Below, piece after piece: positions 25,924 to 32,953 of a DNA stretch of 64,000 bases. The stretch is taken from contig DASYUC010000045.1 of assembly GCA_036001645.1 (NCBI GenBank), positions 14 to 64,013 of the forward strand, given 5' to 3'. Each line of letters opens with the position of its first letter. The stretch's first letter is position 1. The position numbers were made by a program, and so were the translations under genes. A model generated the notes under the pieces. That model saw nothing but the letters and a program-made list of their open reading frames with translations. It was not told the origin of the DNA and did no database searches. Source of the stretch: Candidatus Limnocylindria bacterium. GTDB lineage: Bacteria; Chloroflexota; Limnocylindria; P2-11E.

Positions 25924-27713
25924 CGACGACGCGCGGTGATGTATTCGGGGATCGTGGCCATCGGCGGAAGCTCGCCGATCTCGATGTCGTGCATCTCGAG
26001 GTGGAGCTTTCCCCCTTCGGTCTGCGTGATGAGCTTGAGCGTCGCGTTCGCCTCTTCCCAGATCCGTCCCCCATGGGCCTCGCCGACGCGCTTGAGCGCG
26101 ACCTGGAGGATCTGGAAGCTCATCTTGGACAGACTGAGCAGGTCCTGGTTCCGGTGGATGCGGTGCTTCATGTCGACCTGAGCGAGTGCGCCCAACCCGG
26201 CGCGCAGCAGGGTGTCGATGAGGAGCCCGGTCTCGACACCATACCCCGTGAAGAATGGGAGCTGTTCGAGCAGCGTGCGGCGCCCGCCTTGTTCGCCGGA
26301 CAGCGGCTGGACCATCCCCGACAGCTCGGGGAAGAACAGGTTCAGGATCGGGCGCGCGGACAGCTCGGTGACGCGGCCACCGCCTGAGGCGAGCACCTCG
26401 GCGCCGATGCGCAGCGGCCGCTGGTAGAAGGCCTTTACGAACTGCACGTCGGGCCGCAGGAGCAACGGGCCGAGGATCCCGTACACGAACTTCGGATGCG
26501 TATCGGTGACGTCCGTGTCGATCCACACGACGATGTCGCCGGTGAGAACGTGCAGGCTCTTCCAGAGCGCCTCGCCTTTGCCGCGGCGCGCACCGTAGTC
26601 GGGGAGGACGTCGCCGAGGACGTGCACCGGGACGCCTTCTTCCCGCGCGATCTCGCGCGTCTGGTCGTCGGAATCGGAGTCGATGACCGCGATCTCGTCC
26701 ACGAGGGGGATCCGTTCCATGAGGCGCGAGCGGATCGCGCGGATGACCCTGCGGACCGTCGCCTCCTCATTGAGCGTCGGCAGCCCGACGGAGATGCGAA
26801 GGTTCTGCCGCTCCTTGGCCTCGAGGAGCCGGCGCAGGTCCGCGAACTCGCTGGAGCTGAACGTGTTCTGCACGAACCACTTGTCGACGATCTCGCCGAC
26901 GACCTTGCTGCGCTCGGCGCGGTCCGCCGGCAGCGTGGCCAGGGGAAGAGCGAGGTTCTGGCTGAAGGGCGTCGCGGTGCGAACCACGACCGCGGCGCGC
27001 GCGCTCGCCACGATCGCCTGACCGACCGGGCCCAGCGGATCCTCCTGATCCTTGCGACCGGTGGCGCCGAAGGCGATCGCGTCGTGCTCTGCGAGCTCCT
27101 CGTTGATCACCTCGGCGGGATCGCCCGTGCGCGTGACGAGTCGATCGACGCGGTCATCGAGCGCGCGCTCGCCGAGGAGCTGATACAGCGTCGGGGTGCG
27201 GCGTCCGGGCGTCCGCACGTGGAGCAATGTGACGCTCCCGCCCTTCGCGCGGGCCCAGCCGATCGCGACCTTGGCCGCGAGATCCGCGTAGCGGCCGCCG
27301 CGGACGGGCACGAGGATCCGCCGCGCGCGCGACAGCTGACCCTTGACGACTGCGATGTCGCACGGCGGATTGCGGAGGACGTCTTCGATCGTCGTTCCGA
27401 GGAGGTCCCAGCCGGGACGCCGCCACGTGAGCAGGAGCAGATCGGGCCGCTCGCTCGCCACCGTCTCCTGGACCGCCTGCCAGCCCTGCCGGGCGACGGT
27501 CACGAGCGTTCGCGCGCGTGCCTCGGCCGGCACGAGCTGGTCGAGCGTGCGCCGCAGGCGACGCGCCTCGGGCTGCACCGAGGCGAGCGTGTCGCCCTCG
27601 GGGACCTCGATCGGTGAGATCAGGATGAGCTCCTCACCCGCGGCGAGGGCAACGGCGAGGTCGACGACGGCGCGGTCTCGCTCGGGATCGACGATCGCGA
27701 CGAGGCACTTCAT
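25920..27713 (-). CDS. gpgS: Tandem universal-stress-protein (USP) domains fused to glucosyl-3-phosphoglycerate synthase (GT81)
   Basis: The C-terminal ~310 aa are colinear with my memory of M. tuberculosis GpgS. Shared motifs are LPTLNEEATV, VIDSDSDDQT, RGKGEALWKSL, WIDTDV, GGGRVTEL, QPLSGE, GYGVETGLLID and HRNQ. The N-terminal ~290 aa are two USP-like modules (ILVPVRGG..., GATGRKDQEDPLGPVGQAIV). The ATG at 27713 overlaps the GT4 stop (ATGA). Confidence 0.85.
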   Translation of the reverse strand: MKCLVAIVDPERDRAVVDLAVALAAGEELILISPIEVPEGDTLASVQPEARRLRRTLDQLVPAEARARTLVTVARQGWQAVQETVASERPDLLLLTWRRPGWDLLGTTIEDVLRNPPCDIAVVKGQLSRARRILVPVRGGRYADLAAKVAIGWARAKGGSVTLLHVRTPGRRTPTLYQLLGERALDDRVDRLVTRTGDPAEVINEELAEHDAIAFGATGRKDQEDPLGPVGQAIVASARAAVVVRTATPFSQNLALPLATLPADRAERSKVVGEIVDKWFVQNTFSSSEFADLRRLLEAKERQNLRISVGLPTLNEEATVRRVIRAIRSRLMERIPLVDEIAVIDSDSDDQTREIAREEGVPVHVLGDVLPDYGARRGKGEALWKSLHVLTGDIVVWIDTDVTDTHPKFVYGILGPLLLRPDVQFVKAFYQRPLRIGAEVLASGGGRVTELSARPILNLFFPELSGMVQPLSGEQGGRRTLLEQLPFFTGYGVETGLLIDTLLRAGLGALAQVDMKHRIHRNQDLLSLSKMSFQILQVALKRVGEAHGGRIWEEANATLKLITQTEGGKLHLEMHDIEIGELPPMATIPEYITARRR

Positions 27714-28930
27714 GCGGCACGACCGAGGATGACGGGTAGGACGCGCTCGCGCAGGACGCGCGGCCAGGCGTGCTCGCGTGCGCGGGCGCGCATGCGCATG
27801 ACGGGCGTGTCGAGCCCCCGCTCGATCGCGTCCGCGATGACGTCGCCGCTCGCGTCGGGCGGGACGTAGATCGGGTCGTCGCCGCCGGTCTCCCGGAGCG
27901 ACGGGATGTCGCTGCACACGATCGGCATGCGGTGCAAGCCAGCCTCCAGCATAGGAATTCCGAAGCCTTCGCTCTCGCTGGGGAAGACCAGCACATCGGC
28001 CAGCGCATACAGGTCTACGACCGTTCCGTAGTTGATGCGCAGGCCGAGCGCCGCGAGGAGCTGCACACCATCAACCTTCTTCGCGCGCGCCGCGAGCTCC
28101 GCGAGATACGCCTTGTTCGCGGCGTTGTGCGGTCCCATGGTCCCGGTCACGACGAGCACCGCGGCATGACCGCGGCGGCGGAGCGCCGCGGTCGCGTCGA
28201 TCGCGGCCTCGACGCGTTTGCGTCGCGTGAGCCGGACCGGAAGGAGGAGCAGCGGGTCGGCGTCGAACAGGCCAAGACGCTGCGCGAGACGAAGACCGGT
28301 CGGCGCGAGGCCGAGCACCTGGCCGACGTCGATGCCGTTCGTCACGACCTCGATGTCGTCGCGCGGGAGGCCGGTGAGCTGCGAGAGCTGCTGTGCCCTC
28401 TCCTGCGACACCGTGACGTACCGCACGCCGGGCACGGCGTGCGTCACGAGATCCCACGGCGGCCCGTCGCGTCGCAGCGCCGCGTAGCGCTCGTCGAAGT
28501 ACGAGATGTCGTGGGTCCAGGCGATGAAACGGCCCGGCCGCTCGCGCGCGAGAGACCCGAGCACCTCCGTCAGCGCGAGATTCAGCGGCATCGTCATGAC
28601 GTTGTGCACGACGACGCGGTCCGCGCGCTCAACGTGCGGACGGATCTTCGTCATGAGACGCGCGACGAGCGCATCGTGCTCCGGCGCGCGGTCGCCGCGC
28701 GAGAGCGCAGCGAGGTCGCGCTCGACCGCGGGATGGCGCGAGTCGGCCTCGGCGACGCGGATCACGCGAACCCCGCGTGGCGTCGCTCCGCCGCGACCCG
28801 CGAGCACCGCGACCTCCTTACCTTCGGCCTGGAGGGCCGCCGCGTGCGCGGCCATGACCTGCTCCACTCCGCCGAGGATCTGCGGCGTGGTGTAGTGGAC
28901 GAACAGGATGCGGCGCACGCCGCGGGTCAC
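27710..28930 (-). CDS. GT4-family (GT-B) glycosyltransferase
   Basis: The N-terminus is RILFVHYTTPQILGGVEQV and the C-terminal E-x7-E region is VFPSESEGFGIPMLEAG. The GTG at 28930 overlaps the upstream stop (GTGA). Confidence 0.85.
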   Translation of the reverse strand: MTRGVRRILFVHYTTPQILGGVEQVMAAHAAALQAEGKEVAVLAGRGGATPRGVRVIRVAEADSRHPAVERDLAALSRGDRAPEHDALVARLMTKIRPHVERADRVVVHNVMTMPLNLALTEVLGSLARERPGRFIAWTHDISYFDERYAALRRDGPPWDLVTHAVPGVRYVTVSQERAQQLSQLTGLPRDDIEVVTNGIDVGQVLGLAPTGLRLAQRLGLFDADPLLLLPVRLTRRKRVEAAIDATAALRRRGHAAVLVVTGTMGPHNAANKAYLAELAARAKKVDGVQLLAALGLRINYGTVVDLYALADVLVFPSESEGFGIPMLEAGLHRMPIVCSDIPSLRETGGDDPIYVPPDASGDVIADAIERGLDTPVMRMRARAREHAWPRVLRERVLPVILGRAA

Positions 28931-31050
28931 GCCGGAGTGGCCGTCCGCATCTGCGCGAGGCGCCCCTGCCCGCCGGCGACGTGGTCCCCCTTCACGCCGC
29001 GGCGCACGCGGAATGTCATGCGTGCGCCGAAGACCTCCATGTCGCGAACGTCGATCCGCTCGAGCCATGGAGGCAGCGCCGGATCGATGAGCAGCCGCTG
29101 CGTCGCCAGATCCGGCACGAGCCCGAGGAGCGTGCGCAGGCAGAGGAACACCATCCCCGCCGACCACGCCTGCGGGATGCACGAAACCAGGTAATCCGCC
29201 GGCCGCGACGAGAAGCGCAGGTCGCGCTGGAAGCCGCAGAAGAGCTCCGGCAGGCGCGAGTCCGGAAAGCGCCGCCCAGCCTCGATGAGCGCGCTGGTGA
29301 TCTCGGCCGCCTCCTCGCGGAAGCCGTACCGCGCGAAACCCTGGGCGATGAGCGAGTTGTCGTGCGGCCACACCGAGCCGTTGTGATAGCTCATCGGGTT
29401 GTACGTCGGGTACGTGCTCGAGAGCGTGCGGATGCCCCAACCGGTGTACATGTCCGGTGTCATGAGCCGGTGCACGACCGTCGCCGCGTGTTCGGGGCTC
29501 GCGATGCCGCCCCACAGCGCGTGGCCGGCGTTGCTCGTCACCGCGCGCACCTGCTTCTTGTCGCCGTCGAGCGCCTGCGCGTAGCACCCCTGGTCGGCCA
29601 TCCAGAAGTCGCGCTCGAACCGCTCGCGCAGCTCGCGCGCCTCGCCACGGAGACGGTCCGCGCGCGCGGCGTCGCCGTCGAGCGCGTAGAGATCGGCGAG
29701 CCCCGTCTTCGCGGCGTAGACGTACGCCTGGACCTCGACGAGGGCCGCGGGCAGCTTCGACCACGTGCCGTCAGGGTCGGAGAGCGACTGTGGTGAATCC
29801 TTCCAACCCTGACTCTGGAGACGGGCGCTGTCGCGGTCCGACTCCTGCGGGCCGTACTCGACGTAGCCGTCGCGGTCGGCATCGCCGTACGTGTCGCACC
29901 AGGTGAGCGCGCGCTCCGCCGCGGGGAGCAGCTCGCGCCACAGCTCGCGGTCGGCGGTCCATTTCACCGTCTCGGCGACGATGAGCGCGAAGAGCGGCGT
30001 CGCGTCGACGGATCCGTAGTAGGGGCGGTGCGGGATCTCTCCGAGCCGCGCGAGCTCGCCGCGGCGCAGCTCGTGGAAGATCTTTCCCGGCTGCTCCTCC
30101 GAGAACGTGTCCACCTTCTGGCCCTGGTACTTGGCGAGGAGTCGCAGCGTCCCGCGCGCGATGTCGGGATTCCAGCCGAGCGTCTGGTACGCGCAGATGA
30201 GTCCGTCGCGTCCGAACGGGACCGCGTACCAGGGGATGCCCGCCGTGGGGTAGGGCCCGCTGTCGTGGAATTCCATGAGCGCGCGAAGGTCGAGCGCGCT
30301 GCGCGTGATGAGGCCCTCGTCGAGCGTCTCGGAGCTCGTCGTGTAGCGGGCGCACGCGCGGAGGAAACGGCGATAGCGCGCGTTGAGCGCGTCGATCGCA
30401 TCGTCGAAGCGGTCCGGCGACGGTGCCGCGCCCGCGCCGTCCTCGCGCGGGATCACCGCGAGCTCGATGGTCAGCACGCCCTGCGGCGGCAGCTCGCGCT
30501 CGATGTGGAAGACGTTGCCCTCGATGCGGTCGGGCGCGGGGCGCATCGTGATGTCGGTCGTGCGCCGCACCGCGTCGCGGCCGACGCGCTCGAAGACGAT
30601 GCCGCCCTCGCGCCCGCCACGCTTGATCTCGTACGGTGTCGCCGCGACCGCGTGGTGGCCACGGACCGCGAACATGTCGCGGAACGAGGCCTCGAACTCG
30701 AGCTCGAGAGCGACGCGGACCGGTCCTGGATTCGCGTTGAGCACACCGATGCGCTCGCGCATGCCGTCGGCGAGAAATCGGGTGCGCCGGATCGACAGCG
30801 CCTCGGCCGCGTGACGAGCGGTGCCGAGCATGGCCCCCTCCGAGCGCATGAGCTGGAAGGTCGCCACGTAGTTCTGCTCGGTGTTCGCCGACAGCAGGAT
30901 CGGCGGCGCCCCGTTCACACGCAGCGCGTAGCCCGAGAGGAACTGCGTGTCGTGGTAGTAAAGCCCGAACGGGCTCGCGCTCCCGAGCGCGAGCGAGCCG
31001 TCGTTCTCCGTGATCAGGACGAGTGCGTCTTCTTTGAGCGAAACGCTCAC
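28927..31050 (-). CDS. Amylo-alpha-1,6-glucosidase / glycogen-debranching-type (GDE_N_bis + GDE_C, (alpha/alpha)6) glycoside hydrolase
   Basis: The motifs are GLYYHDTQFLS, GIPWYAVPFGRDGLI, HELRRGELA, YYGSVDATPLF, GYVEY, QGWKDS, YHNGSVWPHDN and CIPQAWSAG. The GTG at 31050 overlaps the upstream stop (GTGA). The 1000-aa track ORF is over-extended. Confidence 0.85.
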   Translation of the reverse strand: MSVSLKEDALVLITENDGSLALGSASPFGLYYHDTQFLSGYALRVNGAPPILLSANTEQNYVATFQLMRSEGAMLGTARHAAEALSIRRTRFLADGMRERIGVLNANPGPVRVALELEFEASFRDMFAVRGHHAVAATPYEIKRGGREGGIVFERVGRDAVRRTTDITMRPAPDRIEGNVFHIERELPPQGVLTIELAVIPREDGAGAAPSPDRFDDAIDALNARYRRFLRACARYTTSSETLDEGLITRSALDLRALMEFHDSGPYPTAGIPWYAVPFGRDGLICAYQTLGWNPDIARGTLRLLAKYQGQKVDTFSEEQPGKIFHELRRGELARLGEIPHRPYYGSVDATPLFALIVAETVKWTADRELWRELLPAAERALTWCDTYGDADRDGYVEYGPQESDRDSARLQSQGWKDSPQSLSDPDGTWSKLPAALVEVQAYVYAAKTGLADLYALDGDAARADRLRGEARELRERFERDFWMADQGCYAQALDGDKKQVRAVTSNAGHALWGGIASPEHAATVVHRLMTPDMYTGWGIRTLSSTYPTYNPMSYHNGSVWPHDNSLIAQGFARYGFREEAAEITSALIEAGRRFPDSRLPELFCGFQRDLRFSSRPADYLVSCIPQAWSAGMVFLCLRTLLGLVPDLATQRLLIDPALPPWLERIDVRDMEVFGARMTFRVRRGVKGDHVAGGQGRLAQMRTATPA

Positions 31051-32264
31051 GCGGTCGAAGCGCTCCTCGCTCTGTCCTGGCCGCGTCGCTCGAGGAAGTG
31101 ACGCTTCTCCTCCTCCATGGCACGCGCGCCGTTCTCGATCACGGTCTCGGACTGCGTCGTGGTCATGTCGCGCACCTCTTCGATGAAGGACGCGGTACGC
31201 AGGAGATAGAGGGGCAGCAGCGAGCGCGCGATCTGCTCGCTCGCGGCCGGGCGCCGCAGCGCGGCGGCGAGGTGCTCGAAGACGATGCGCGCCCACGTCT
31301 TCGCGTCGAGCGACTCGGGCACCGGCGCGGAGAGGATGTCCCGCCAGGTGGCGTCCTGAGCGCCCTTCGCCGCCGCGTACTTCTCGCGGAGCCGGGCGGG
31401 GTCCGCGGGGACCGCCTCGGGCTCGACGGGCATCACGTCGCCGATGACCGGCACCTCCTTCGAGCCCTGCACCTTCGACCACGCGGGCTCGTTCGCGGCG
31501 GCGAGACGGAAGAGCGTGCCGACGACCTGCGTGAACATCGGGCCGAGGTCGGCCGCGGGATCCTTGGGGTCGTGCACCTTCGCGCCGAGGAACGCCTGCG
31601 CGACCTTGGCGCCGCGCACGATCGCGGTCGTCGTCATGAAGATGTCGATGCCGAAGCGCGCGACGTCGGTATCCCACACCGGCTGCTCGAGGTACACACG
31701 CGCGAGGTCGGCGCGGAAGCCGAACTCGCCGCCGATCGGCTGACGCACACGCAGCCCGTACAGCGCGCGCGTGAGCGGATACGCGACGGAGTTCGTGATC
31801 GTGCCGTCGTGCTTGTGCCGCGCGTAGAGCGGGGTGACGTAGTCGGCGTCGCCGCTCGTGACCGGGGTCGCCAGGCGCCCGATCCACTCCGGCGTGATGC
31901 TGCGGAGGTCGCTGTCGACGACGGCGCACGCGCGCGCGCCGAGCATGCCCACCGCGGTGAAGATCGCGCGGAACGCCGAGCCCTTGCCGGGCGGTCCGAT
32001 GTACCGACCGACGGCCACCGGCACGCCGGACGCGCCCTCGACGACACGGTCTGGCGTGCCGTCCTCGGACCCGCCGTCCGCGTTGACGATCGCGACGCGC
32101 GCGCCCGGGAAATGCTCGCGCAGCCCCTTCGCCGCGGTCGTCGCGACGTGACCGATCGTCGTGGCGTTGCGGAAGCTGGGGATCCCCACGACGACGTCGG
32201 CCGAGCCGATCTTGGTGAGCCCACCCGCCAGGCGCTCGTCGAGCGTCATGTGATCGTCAGGCAT
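31047..32264 (-). CDS. GT-A glycosyltransferase resembling mannosylglycerate/glucosylglycerate synthase (GT78-like); first gene of the operon
   Basis: The motif order is VVVGIPSF, NADGGSEDGT, GKGSAFR, VVDSDLRSITPEWI, QPIGGEFGF, RFGIDIFMTT, AKVHDPKD. This parallels, from memory, Rhodothermus MGS (GKGDG, DADI..F.PDWI, QPLGGE, DWGID, K.H). The ATG at 32264 has GGAGG 5 nt upstream. Confidence 0.65.
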   Translation of the reverse strand: MPDDHMTLDERLAGGLTKIGSADVVVGIPSFRNATTIGHVATTAAKGLREHFPGARVAIVNADGGSEDGTPDRVVEGASGVPVAVGRYIGPPGKGSAFRAIFTAVGMLGARACAVVDSDLRSITPEWIGRLATPVTSGDADYVTPLYARHKHDGTITNSVAYPLTRALYGLRVRQPIGGEFGFRADLARVYLEQPVWDTDVARFGIDIFMTTTAIVRGAKVAQAFLGAKVHDPKDPAADLGPMFTQVVGTLFRLAAANEPAWSKVQGSKEVPVIGDVMPVEPEAVPADPARLREKYAAAKGAQDATWRDILSAPVPESLDAKTWARIVFEHLAAALRRPAASEQIARSLLPLYLLRTASFIEEVRDMTTTQSETVIENGARAMEEEKRHFLERRGQDRARSASTA

Positions 32265-32320
32265 GCGTCCCTCCAATGTGAGTTCACGCACCCTTCCCGT
32301 CGTGACGCCATCATACCGGC

Positions 32321-32953
32321 GTGCTTGAAGCGATCGACGCGATCGTTCTGCCCTTTCTCGAATCGCTCTATGAGCGGTTCGGTTATGTCGGTGTCGTCAT
32401 CGCGATGACGATCGAGAGCTGTGCGATCCCTCTGCCGTCGGAGCTCATCCTTCCGTTCGCCGGCTGGAGCGTGTCGCGCGGACTCGTGGAACCGCTCACG
32501 TCGTCGCCCTGGAGCTACTGGGGCGCGGTCGTCGCGGGCGTTCTCGGAAATACGCTCGGCTCGCTCGCCAGCTATGCGATCGGAGCATATGGCGGTCGGC
32601 CGCTGGTCGAGCGATATGGGAAATATGTCCTGATCAGCGCCCACGACCTCGCCCTCGCGGAGCGCTGGTTCGCGCGGTTTGGCGAGGCGACGGTCTTCTT
32701 CTCCCGCATGCTGCCCATCGTCCGCACCTTCATCTCCGTACCGGCGGGGATAGCGCGGATGCCGCTGTGGCGCTTCACGCTCTTCTCGATCCTCGGGGCC
32801 ATCCCCTGGGTGATGCTCCTCGTCTGGGGTGGGATGCAGCTCGGCGATCACTGGCTCGAGCTCAAGCACTCGCTGAGGGGCCTCGACTACCTGGTCGCGG
32901 CGGCGATCGTCGCGGCGGTCGGGATCTTCGTCTGGCGGCACGTGCGCCGCTGA
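32321..32953 (+). CDS. DedA/SNARE-associated family membrane protein
   Basis: The motifs are GYVGVVIAMTIESCAIPLPSELILPFAG...GRPLVERYGKYV...FSRMLPIVRTFISVPAGIARMP. Confidence 0.85.
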   Translation: MLEAIDAIVLPFLESLYERFGYVGVVIAMTIESCAIPLPSELILPFAGWSVSRGLVEPLTSSPWSYWGAVVAGVLGNTLGSLASYAIGAYGGRPLVERYGKYVLISAHDLALAERWFARFGEATVFFSRMLPIVRTFISVPAGIARMPLWRFTLFSILGAIPWVMLLVWGGMQLGDHWLELKHSLRGLDYLVAAAIVAAVGIFVWRHVRR

